From: Candidatus Eiseniibacteriota bacterium
Lineage (GTDB): Bacteria; Eisenbacteria; RBG-16-71-46; SZUA-252
Assembly: GCA_963703225.1 (NCBI GenBank)
Contig: OY969801.1
Coordinates: forward strand, 2,144,001 to 2,208,000
DNA: 64,000 nucleotides
Reading direction: 5' to 3'
Positions 52,712 to 62,123 of this stretch are shown in pieces. A model generated the notes under the pieces. That model was given only the letters and a program-made list of their open reading frames with translations. It was not told the origin of the DNA and did no database searches. The stretch's first letter is position 1, and every line of letters starts with the position of its first letter. The position numbers were made by a program, and so were the translations under genes.

Positions 52712-55045
52712 CTACCCCTCGGCGGAAAGCCCGTATTCCTCGGGGCGGATGTCGAGTTTCTTGATCTTGTACAGAAGCGTGGTGCGCTTCATCCCGCCCA
52801 GGCTCCTCGCGGCTTCCGATTGGTTTCCTCGGTGCGTGCGGAGCGCGTTCAGGATCATGTCGCGCTCCTCCGCGGAGATGCCTCGTCCGCCCCCGCGCGA
52901 GCCGGACGGCGCCCGCGGCGCTGAGACACGCCCGCCGGATTGAATCTGGACCGATTCGGCGCGAACCCTCTCGCCGTCCTGGGCCAACGCCACGGCGCGA
53001 TCGATGACGTTTCGCAGCTCCCGCACATTGCCCGGCCAGCCATGCGCGACGAGGCGGGCCCAGACCCCATCGCCCAGGGCGACATGCTTTCGCGCTTGGG
53101 TGCAGGCGCGCTCCAGGAAGTGGCGGCCGATCAACTCGATGTCCCCCGGCCGCTCCCGTAGCGGCGGGACCTCGAGGCGGATTCCGTTCAGACGGTAGTA
53201 GAGGTCGTCGCGGAAGAGGCCCCGGCGGACGAGCCCCGCCAGATCCCGCGTCGAGGCGGCGATCACCCGCACGTCGACCTGGCGCACCCCCATCCCGCCC
53301 ACACGGCGGAGCTCCCCCATCTCGATCACGCGCAGAAGCTTTGCCTGCGCCGCGGTCAAAAGCTCGCTCACCTCATCCAGGAAGATCACGCCGCGATGGG
53401 CAGTCTCAAAGAGCCCCGCCCGAGCCCGGTCGCCCCCCGAGGCGGACGCAGGGTCCTTCCCGAATAGCTCCGTGTCGAGCTGGCCGTCCGGGAGCGGGCC
53501 GCAATGACCGACCACGAAGACCTGGTTTCCCCGGTCGCTGAGGGCGTGTGCCGCCCTGGCCAATGCTTCCTTGCCGGTTCCGCTCTCGCCCAGGATGAAT
53601 ATCGGCAGTCGGCTGTTCGACGCGCGCTCGAGAATTCGTACGAGATCGATCACGCGCGGATCCTGGGTCACGATCCCGAGACGGAAGCAATCGGGGTCGG
53701 CTCCCTGCGGGATCTCCTCGAGCCGCGCGGGCGTGACGACGGTGATCGCGGGCGGCGCTGAGGTGCCAACCTCCACGCCCAACACCTTCTCGATCCGCTC
53801 GACCCAGCGTTCCAGCTTCATCGACATCGCGAGGCTCCGCGCTTCCCAGAGATAGTCGCGGGCCGCGCGGCGCTCTTCCACGTCGCCGCCGGCGAGGAGA
53901 ACCTCTCCCGCCCAGACCAGAAGCCGGGTCAGCTCGTAGAGAGCCTCGAGCTTGCGGAGGAGTGCTACGCCCTCGTGCGCCGTCCGGATGGCCTTCTCGC
54001 GGTGGGCGAGCTGGAGGTGGGCCATCGACATGACGCGGAAGGTGGCAGCCTCCTCGAACCGGTCGTTGATCTTCCGCGCGATCCGAAGCCCGCGCTCGCA
54101 CGTGATGAGCGCGCGGTTGGGCTCCCCGATCCGCACGTGGATCTCCGCGATTCTCCGGCTCAGCTCGGGGACGAGATCCCCCTCCGGGGCCAGCTTCTCC
54201 GCGATGACGAGGGCTGGGTCGTAGCTCTCGATGGCGGACTGGTTCTCGTGTCGGTCGAGGGCGAGATCACCCAGGTACTCGAGCGCGATCACCTGCTCGC
54301 GCTCAAACCCGTGCTCTTCGGCCTCGGAGAGGGCGCCGCGCACCTGCCCGTCGGCCTTGCCCAGCTCTCCGCGGATGCGTAGGAGATACCCGTGGAAGAG
54401 GCGCGCCTGCACCTTCCCCCGCGAGTGTCCCCTTTCGCCGAATAGCGTCCGCGCGCGCGCCAGCCCCTGCTCGGCCTCATCCAGCAGACCGAGCTTGGCC
54501 TGCGTGATGCTCAGGTTTAGGGAGAACGACGCCTCTTCGTGGTAGAGGCCGGCCTCGCGAGCCTGAAGCTGCCCGCGCGAGAACTCGCCCACGGCCCGGT
54601 AGAGCTCTCCGGCGCCCAGGAAGCAGAGACCGAGCAGGTTCCGCGAGCGCAGCATCCCCGCCGTGTCCTCGAATTCCCACCGGCTGATGTGATAGGCGGC
54701 GCGGAAGTGCTCTTCCGCGCGCGACGGCCGGCCGATCCGCCACACGGCGCGGCCGGCGGCGATGTGGAATTCGAGAAGCGCCCGCTTGTCATCGGGGTGG
54801 AGCGCGTAGAGCTCGCTCAGCTTCTTCTCGGCGATCTCAGCGACTTCCTTCCACCGTCCCAGCCCCAGAAGCGCGCGGCAGCGCGCGAGCAGCAGCGGGA
54901 TCTCCAGCGCCCTGGGGAGGGGCCCCGATGTCTTGGCTTCCGCGATCGCGTCCAGGACCGCGGAGAACCGAGCATGGGCGAGGAGATCGTCGATTTGCTG
55001 GAGAAAGCCGGCGGATTCGCTCCGCGGCTTCTTGTCGTCGATCAT
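52712..55045 (-). CDS. TPR-domain + sigma54-interaction AAA+ + Fis-HTH transcriptional regulator (GAFTGA degenerate)
   Basis: About 420 aa of TPR-like helices, GESGTGKE, ELFGKDPASASGG, IFLDEV, FRDDLYYRL, WPGNVREL, GNQSEAAR.LG. Confidence 0.9.
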   Translation of the reverse strand: MIDDKKPRSESAGFLQQIDDLLAHARFSAVLDAIAEAKTSGPLPRALEIPLLLARCRALLGLGRWKEVAEIAEKKLSELYALHPDDKRALLEFHIAAGRAVWRIGRPSRAEEHFRAAYHISRWEFEDTAGMLRSRNLLGLCFLGAGELYRAVGEFSRGQLQAREAGLYHEEASFSLNLSITQAKLGLLDEAEQGLARARTLFGERGHSRGKVQARLFHGYLLRIRGELGKADGQVRGALSEAEEHGFEREQVIALEYLGDLALDRHENQSAIESYDPALVIAEKLAPEGDLVPELSRRIAEIHVRIGEPNRALITCERGLRIARKINDRFEEAATFRVMSMAHLQLAHREKAIRTAHEGVALLRKLEALYELTRLLVWAGEVLLAGGDVEERRAARDYLWEARSLAMSMKLERWVERIEKVLGVEVGTSAPPAITVVTPARLEEIPQGADPDCFRLGIVTQDPRVIDLVRILERASNSRLPIFILGESGTGKEALARAAHALSDRGNQVFVVGHCGPLPDGQLDTELFGKDPASASGGDRARAGLFETAHRGVIFLDEVSELLTAAQAKLLRVIEMGELRRVGGMGVRQVDVRVIAASTRDLAGLVRRGLFRDDLYYRLNGIRLEVPPLRERPGDIELIGRHFLERACTQARKHVALGDGVWARLVAHGWPGNVRELRNVIDRAVALAQDGERVRAESVQIQSGGRVSAPRAPSGSRGGGRGISAEERDMILNALRTHRGNQSEAARSLGGMKRTTLLYKIKKLDIRPEEYGLSAEG

Positions 55046-55097
55046 GGGACCTCAGGGATGGGCCCCCGCCCATCCCGGGGTGGAGCTACGTGAAATA

Positions 55098-55403
55098 TCA
55101 GCGCAACGTGATCCGGATCCAGACGCGGACGTACGACAGCCAGATGAGGCGCGCGTTGGTGATCGCACCCACCTTGGTCGTGTCGCTTCCTGGGACCTTC
55201 TGGACCTGGTTCATCGACCGAGTCTGCTTCGGCGTCGGGCTTGGCTGATCGTCGGCCGTTGGATCACCATCGGGATAGGGTGGACCGTGCGGCACATACG
55301 TCCGCGCGCTCGACACGTTCGGGATCCCGAGGAGACAGGCGAGCGTCAACGCCGCGCCTGCCCACGGAAGGGCCCGAATGCCGTCCCGATGCTGAGACTT
55401 CAT
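55098..55403 (-). CDS. Small secreted peptide/protein (101 aa)
   Basis: GGAGGAG RBS, signal peptide (..AGAALTLACLLGIPNVSSA|R), Pro/Asp-rich PDGDPTADDQP, amphipathic Trp/Arg C-terminal helix. Confidence 0.7.
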   Translation of the reverse strand: MKSQHRDGIRALPWAGAALTLACLLGIPNVSSARTYVPHGPPYPDGDPTADDQPSPTPKQTRSMNQVQKVPGSDTTKVGAITNARLIWLSYVRVWIRITLR

Positions 55404-55633
55404 CGAGATCTCCTCCGCGTCTCCGGCAGAAGACCATCGGATTCGTGGTGGGGACCCACCGCTCCGGGTAGTTGAGTCGTCCATCGTGCACGCTCCTGAA
55501 CGAAGCCGTCAAACCGCTCCGCTCGCTCCGACATTGCTGATTTCTGGGGAATGAACGTCGCCGGAATCCTGCTGCGCGCGCCGTACCCCGGGGATGGGCC
55601 GAAATCGCGCTTTTGTGTGGTTGTGGAAGCCAT
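55400..55633 (-). CDS. Possible small upstream ORF (77 aa) translationally coupled to the peptide gene
   Basis: GGAAAGGG upstream of the ATG; its TGA overlaps the peptide ATG (ATGA); no recognisable motif. Confidence 0.3.
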   Translation of the reverse strand: MASTTTQKRDFGPSPGYGARSRIPATFIPQKSAMSERAERFDGFVQERARWTTQLPGAVGPHHESDGLLPETRRRSR

Positions 55634-55775
55634 GCGCACCCTTTCCGTGGGCAGGCACTCCGGCTACGTACCGATAATCTAGCAGAGTCTGGGGCCAAAT
55701 GCAAGCCCAAAAAGGCGTTAGGGATTGATTCAGAGGCCATTTGGGGGGTGGCCAAATCCCAGCCGGTAGGCCGTA

Positions 55776-55786
55776 TGTGATATAAT
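55776..55786 (+). promoter_or_regulatory. Extended -10 sigma70 promoter of the GGDEF gene
   Basis: TGTGATATAAT about 50 nt upstream of ATG 55836. Confidence 0.6.
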
Positions 55787-55835
55787 TGGTATCTGTTCCC
55801 GACCTTCCGCGCGCCCGCATCCGAGATCTAGGGGA

Positions 55836-57287
55836 ATGAACGAGGCACACCGCATCCGGACCGCCTTCCTGTCATCGCTCTCGCTCCACGAGGCTTCCCC
55901 CGAAGACCGGAAGCGCTTGATCGAGTTGACGCTGGCCGGGATGGAGGACGAGCGCCGCGACCTGCTCGCCTTTGAGGTCGCCGAGCGACTTCTGGATGTC
56001 GGCGCGCTCGAGCGGGTGGACCGCTTCCAGCGCGACGGAAAGCCGTACATCCGATATCGAATCCCCGCTTCGGGCGAGACGTTTCTCCTCCAGGCACCCT
56101 ACGACGTTCCCGGCGGAACGTTGGTCCGGGCCTCCCGGCCCCATTGGCATGCACGAAGCCGGCTTCTCTATCGGAGTCTCTCCCACCTGATCGCCGTCGA
56201 GCGGAAGCTCTTTTCCCGCGACGAGCGAAATCTGGAATATCTCCAGACCGACGTGTCGGAGATTCTCCGCACGATTCTCGCCTCCGCGCGCCAGGTGCTC
56301 GAATGCGACGAGACGCGTCTCTACTCTCTGGCGCGCGGCACCGAGGACGCCCGATACCTCCAGCCGGTGAGCGAGGGCGAGCCGTGGAACCGCGCGCTCG
56401 CCGAGGAGTGGGTCGCGAAACGCGGGCTTCCGCTGTACGTGGCCGACATGGCGGAGGCGGGCGCGGTCCAGACCATGGTCGACGCCGAGGCGATGGACGC
56501 GACCATGCACCTCGCGATCGCCCCCTTCCAGCCCAAGCCTGACCCCGGGGCGATGCGCTCCGTGGCCATGGCTCGCGTCGGGGAGCCGGGTTCGCCCTTC
56601 CTCTTCGTTCTGGAGGCCTGGAGCAAGACGCCCGGATTTTTCACCGACGAGCGGATCGGCATCCTGACCGTCGTCGCCGAGCACGCCACCGACCTCCTGC
56701 TCACGCTCAAGAAGCTGGGGATGCTCGTCATGGTCGATGAGCTCACCGGCATCTACAACCGGCCCTACTTCGGGCGCCAGCTCGACCACGAGATCGCGCG
56801 CGCGTACCGGGAGGAGCGGCCGATGTCGCTCATCATCGCGGATATCGACGATTTCAAGAAGGTGAACGACACCTACGGCTACGAGGCGGGCAACGCCGTG
56901 CTGCGCGAGCTATCCCAGACGCTCGCCTCGAGCGTCCGCCCATTCGACACGGTGGCGCGGTGGGGAGGCGAGGAATTCGCGCTGATCCTGAGCGCGGAGA
57001 CGACGAAAGCGGAGGCCAAGGAGATTTGCGAGCGCCTCCGGCTCAAGGCGCAGAGCATGGCGATCGTCGTGCCCGGACTGGACGGGCGGGAGAATACCGT
57101 CCGGGTGACCGTGAGCTTGGGAGGGGCGATGTTCCCCGCCGACGTGCCGGTCACGTGGGATCGCTCCCGCGGGCTCGACCGACCTCAGCGGGAGAAGCTC
57201 GCCCACGAGCTCTGGACCCGCGCGAACATGCATCTGCGGATCGCCAAGGAGCGGGGCAAGAACCAGGTCGTCTACGCCGGCGAGTAA
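55836..57287 (+). CDS. Diguanylate cyclase (GAF-like + GGDEF)
   Basis: DELTGIYNR, DIDDFKKVNDTYG, RPFD I-site, RWGGEEF, VTVSLG, AKERGKN. Confidence 0.92.
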   Translation: MNEAHRIRTAFLSSLSLHEASPEDRKRLIELTLAGMEDERRDLLAFEVAERLLDVGALERVDRFQRDGKPYIRYRIPASGETFLLQAPYDVPGGTLVRASRPHWHARSRLLYRSLSHLIAVERKLFSRDERNLEYLQTDVSEILRTILASARQVLECDETRLYSLARGTEDARYLQPVSEGEPWNRALAEEWVAKRGLPLYVADMAEAGAVQTMVDAEAMDATMHLAIAPFQPKPDPGAMRSVAMARVGEPGSPFLFVLEAWSKTPGFFTDERIGILTVVAEHATDLLLTLKKLGMLVMVDELTGIYNRPYFGRQLDHEIARAYREERPMSLIIADIDDFKKVNDTYGYEAGNAVLRELSQTLASSVRPFDTVARWGGEEFALILSAETTKAEAKEICERLRLKAQSMAIVVPGLDGRENTVRVTVSLGGAMFPADVPVTWDRSRGLDRPQREKLAHELWTRANMHLRIAKERGKNQVVYAGE

Positions 57288-58354
57288 CCCGACACCAACG
57301 CCGCGGCAAACTCGGACGGCTCGAAGGGGAGCAGGTCCTCCATTCCTTCGCCGACGCCAATCCATCGGATCGGGATCCTCAGGGAAGCCGCCACCGCAAG
57401 AACGATCCCGCCTTTGGCGGTCCCGTCCAGCTTGGTAATCGCAACGCCCGTGATCGCGAGCGCGCGGTCGAACTCCCGCGCCTGATTGAGTCCGTTCTGC
57501 CCCACCGACGCGTCGAGCACCAGCAGCGTCTCGTGGGGAGCGCCCGGGATCGCCCGCTCGATGACCCGCCTGATCTTCGCCAGCTCGGCCATGAGGTTGG
57601 CCTGAACGTGGAGCCGCCCCGCCGTATCCACGATCACCCGATCGACGTTTCGGCTCTTGGCGCGCGCCATGCCGTCGAACGCCACCGCGGCGGGATCGGC
57701 GCCCGGCTTTTGTTGGACGATCTCCACCCCCGCCCGCTCGGCCCAGATCGTGAGCTGGTCTCCGGCCGCGGCCCGGAACGTGTCGCACGCCACCAGGAGC
57801 ACCGACTCCCCCGCCTGCTTGTATCGGTTGGCCAGCTTCGCGATGGTCGTCGTCTTGCCGCTTCCGTTGACCCCGATCACGAGCGTCACGTGGGGGCGCG
57901 GTGCCGCGGAGGGGACCGTGCTCTCGGGGCGCGCGATGTCGGAGGGGACCGTGGTTTGGGGGCGCGCGATGCCGGAGGGGACCGTGGCTTCGGGGCGCGC
58001 GATGCCGGAGGGGACCGTGGTTTGGGGGCGCGCGGTTGCAGAGGGGACCGTTTCTCTTGCTTCCCGTGTCCCCGGAGGCATCGCGCGCCCCGACCCCTCG
58101 AGCAGCACCTGCACCGCATCGCGCATCGCGTCCAGAGGCTCCGCACTCGACCCATCCGCGATCCGCCGCTTCACATCCTCGAGAAGCCGCTCCGTGGTCG
58201 CGGGCCCCACGTCGGCTCGGAGAAGCGCCGTCTCGAGCGCGTCGTAATCCGCCTCGGTGAGCGCCCGTCCCGGCTGAAACACCGCGGCCACCCCGCCGAA
58301 GAGCGCGTCGCGCGTCTTCTCCAGGCCCTTCCGGATTTTGTCGAGGAACGACAC
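57272..58354 (-). CDS. ftsY: Signal recognition particle receptor FtsY (no A domain; repeat insert before G1)
   Basis: [48 protein letters not shown]. Confidence 0.97.
   Translation of the reverse strand: MSFLDKIRKGLEKTRDALFGGVAAVFQPGRALTEADYDALETALLRADVGPATTERLLEDVKRRIADGSSAEPLDAMRDAVQVLLEGSGRAMPPGTREARETVPSATARPQTTVPSGIARPEATVPSGIARPQTTVPSDIARPESTVPSAAPRPHVTLVIGVNGSGKTTTIAKLANRYKQAGESVLLVACDTFRAAAGDQLTIWAERAGVEIVQQKPGADPAAVAFDGMARAKSRNVDRVIVDTAGRLHVQANLMAELAKIRRVIERAIPGAPHETLLVLDASVGQNGLNQAREFDRALAITGVAITKLDGTAKGGIVLAVAASLRIPIRWIGVGEGMEDLLPFEPSEFAAALVSGYSPA
57892..58052. repeat. In-frame 33-bp tandem repeat, about 5 copies (TVPSxxARPxx)
   Basis: GAGGGGACCG recurs at 57909, 57942, 57975, 58008 and 58041. 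Confidence 0.95.
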
Positions 58355-58363
58355 GGTGGGGCG

Positions 58364-61300
58364 TTACGACTCGACCGGGGTGAGCTCCTCGGGAGCCGCC
58401 TCGGCGACGGCCGGGCGCTCCCGATTCCAGCGGACCGAGACCAGCTTGGAAACGCCCGGCTCCTCCATCGTGACGCCATAGAGGCAATCGGCCACTTCCA
58501 TCGTCTTTTTGTTGTGAGTCACGACGATGAACTGCGTCTTGGCGCTGAAATCGCGGAGAAGCTGGACGAACCGGTCGATGTTGGCATCGTCGAGCGGAGC
58601 GTCGACTTCGTCCAGGATGCAAAACGGGCTCGGCTTGACCAGGTAGATCGCGAAGAGGAGCGCGATCGCGGTCAGCGCCTTCTCCCCGCCCGAGAGGAGG
58701 GATAAGGACTGCGGTTTCTTTCCGCGGGGGCGCGCGAGGATCTCGATCTCGGCTTCCAGCGGATCGTCGCCCGTCAAGAGCAGCGCCGCCTCGCCGCCCT
58801 CGAAGAGGGTCGTAAAGACGGTCCGGAAGTTCTCGTCCACCCGGGCGAACGTCTCCGTGAAGAGGGTGGAGGCGGTCACGTTGATCTTCTCGATCGCTTC
58901 GAGGAGCGACTGGCGGGCATCCTCCAGATCCTTCCGCTGGCCGCTCAAGAACCGGAGCCGCTCGCGGCGCTCGTCGTAGTCTTGGACCGCGAGCAAATTG
59001 ACCGGTCCGATCGACCGGAGCTTCTCGCTCAGGTGGCGGAGCCGCCGCTCCCGCTCTTCTCGCGACGCGCCCGGCGCCAGCGGCGCGTTGCCTGCGTCCG
59101 CGGGGCCGGACATCTCCCGATCGACGATCGTCTCGTCGGGGATGCGTCCTTCCTCGGCTTCGAGGTCAGCCTCTTCGATCTCGACGAGGGCGCTTTCCCC
59201 ATCCCCGGTGGTCTCGGCCGCCGCTTCCGACGAAGGAGGAACGTAGGCGCCCAGGTCGACCTCGTATTCGTTCGCGATCCTCTCGACCAGGCGGCGCAGC
59301 TCCCCGTCCGCCTCGGCCTGCTCCAGCTCGGCGCGGTGGAGGCGGTCGGTCAGCTCGGCGTGTCCGCGGCGAAGCTCCCGCGTGCGCGACTCCACGTCGT
59401 CCGCGAGCCCCTTCACCTCGCCGAAGCGCTCGCGGGACCGCTGGAGAATGATCTCCCGTTCCGTCTTTCGCTCGATTTCCTGGGCCAGCTCACCCTCGCG
59501 CTGGGCGCAGAGCGCCTCGGTCTCCTGGATCCGTCGCTCCGTCTGGGTCGCCTCTTCGTCCCGGCTCTTGATGTCCCGCTCAGCCTCGTCCGCGCTGGCG
59601 CGGAGCCGCTCGATCTCCCGCAGGCTCGATTCCACCGCCGCCCGAGACCGGCTCGCCTCGATTCGGGCCTCGGCGTGCAAGGCGACCGACCGCTCCCGTT
59701 CCAGCTCCATGGCGCGGACCTCCGCCTCGTCCTGGGAGAGGATGGTGTCGACGCGTCCCCGCTCCTCGTCCGCGCTCTGAAGCGCCACGAGGGCCTGCTC
59801 GGCTTCCTTGAGCGCGCGCTCGAGGTCGGCCTCGACCGCGGCAAGCGAAGTCCCGAGGGAGGTCCCGGCCTGCACCATCGCGTCGCCGCGAATGGAAAGC
59901 TCGACCCGACGCGATTCGTGGGACCGGTGGGTTTGCTCCGTTGCCGCCAGACGCCGGTTGGCTTCCTCCTGCTCGGCGAACGCGGCGGCCCGCGCCGCGC
60001 GGGTCTGTTCCGAGATCTTCACGGTTCCCGCAAGCGCGGCCGCGGAGCGCTCGATCTCCGTCGCGAGGACGGTCAACTCGTCCTCTCGGCGCAGCACCGA
60101 GCCGGCGCGGGTCGATCCGCTTCCGCCCTGGAAGATCCCCGGGCCCACGACCCGCTCGCCCCGCCGAGTGACGAAGTGGAGTCGTTCGCCTGCGAAGCGC
60201 TCGTTGAGCTTGAGCCCCGCCTCGATCGATTCCACCACCACGACGCCCGAGAGCAGAAACGAGGCGAGGGCGACAAAGCCGGGCTCGAACCGGACGTGGT
60301 CGAGGAGCGGACCCAGGACGCCCGGAGCGTTGCTCACCTCGTCCGGGATCGGCGCCATGCGGGAACGGGAGAGCCGATCGAGGGAGATGAACGTCGCCCT
60401 CCCCTCTCCGCTCGCCTCCAGCGCTTGGAGCGCCGCGAGCGCCGCCTCCGTCCGCTCGGCGACGACGAACTGGACCGCCTCGCCGAGCCCCGCCTCGAGC
60501 GCGACCAGCCACTCTCCCGACGCGTGGAGCACGTCCCCCACCGTTCCCAGGATCCGCGCGGGACGCGAGGGGCCCGCGACCAGCCAGCGGACGCTGGCGT
60601 CATAGCCCTCGTAGCGCTCCTTGAGCTCGCGGAGCGTGGCGTGGCGTGCCTCGAGGGCCGCGTGGGCCTCCCGAGCGCGAATCTCCGACTCGTCCTGCTC
60701 CAGGACCTTCGCCTCGGCCACCGCGATCGCGGCGACCGCCGAGGCGACCACCTCCCTGGCGCGGGCCACTTCCCCCGCGGCCTCCGCCATCAAGCGCTCG
60801 GCACCCTCGATCCCGGAGCGGAGCGTCTCCTCATCGCGCGAGAGCGACGCACGCTGCTGCGCCAACTCGTCCCGGCGCGCCTCGAGATCCTGGCGCTTCT
60901 CCTTCCAGGCGCGAGCCGAGCTCTCCTGGACGACGCGGGCCTCGAAGAGGTCGAGCGAAAGCTGCTTCCGTTCGGCGAGGGCGGCGCGGCGCTGGTCGAG
61001 GACCGGGCCGATCTCGGCGAGCCTGGTCTCGAGCCGGCGCTCTTCCGAGTCTCGGTCGGCCTGGGCCTGCTCGAGGCGCTCGCGCTCGGCGGCGATCCGG
61101 CCCGCGTGGGCGCGGACTTCTTCGACGCTCGCCTTGAGCCGGCTCGATTCGGAGCGGGCGTGGTCCAGCTTCTCGACGAGCCCGGATCGGCGCTCGCGGA
61201 GGACGGCGACCTCGTTCAGGAGCGCCGCTCCCCTGGCCTCGTGCTCGCTCAGCGCCTCCTGCGCCAGCCGCACTTCCCCCTCGCGCTTCAACAGCTCGAG

Positions 61301-62120
61301 CTTGTGCTCTTCCAGCTCCGCCTCGTGCCTCGCGAGCACGCCGCCCATGGAAGCGCGCTTGTTTTCCACCCCGGCGCGCTCCGCGCGGAGCGTGCCCGTC
61401 TCCTTCCCGACCCGGTCGAACTCCTCCTTCGCCAAGCCGAGGTCGATCGCCGCGGATCGATTCGCGCAGGCGACCGTAGCGCCTCGCCTTCCCCACCTGC
61501 CGCGCGAGGGAGCGGACCTCCCGCTCGATCTCGGTGATGATGTCGCTCACGCGGGTGAGATCGGTCGTCGTGAGATCGAGCTTTTGGAGCGCCTCTTTCT
61601 TTCGCGTCTTGTACCGCATGATGCCCGCCGCTTCCTCGAAGAGGAACCGGCGATGCCCGCTCTCGTCCGAGAGGACGTTGTCCACCATCCCTCGCTCGAT
61701 CAGCGAATAGGCATGGGACCCCATCCCGGTGTCGAGGAAGAGGTCGCGCACGTCGCGAAGCCGGCAGGGGTTTCGATTGATCGAGTATTCGCTCTGCCCG
61801 CTCCGAAAGGTCCGCCGCGCGATCATCACCTCGGTGTATTCCGAAGGGAGGACGCCGCGGTTGTTGACCATGGTGAGCGAGACCTCCGCCATGCCGAGGG
61901 GCTTCCGCTGGGCCGACCCCGTGAAGATGACGTCTTCCAACGTGTCCCCGCGCAGATGCCGCATGTTCTGCTCGCCCAGGACCCACCGGATCGCCTCCAC
62001 GATGTTCGTCTTCCCGCTCCCGTTCGGCCCGACCACCGCGGTGATGCCGGGGCCGAACTCGACCCGAACGCGCTGCGGGAAGGACTTGAACCCCAGGATG
62101 TCGAGCCGGCTCAGGAACAC
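58364..62120 (-). CDS. smc: Chromosome segregation protein SMC, frameshift near 61450
   Basis: GFKSF, GPNGSGK.N, coiled coils, hinge (GRATF, GG), LSGGEK, LDEVDAPLD, VTHNK. Confidence 0.96.
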
Positions 62121-62123
62121 GGA

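Noticed and set aside
55404..55680. CsrA/RsmA-sponge RNA suggested by many GGA triplets
   Set aside because: GGA is expected at this GC content, few copies are ANGGA, and they are not clearly in hairpin loops.
57892..58052. 33-bp periodic repeat as a CRISPR array
   Set aside because: The units are contiguous with no unique spacers, in frame within ftsY, and no cas genes are present.
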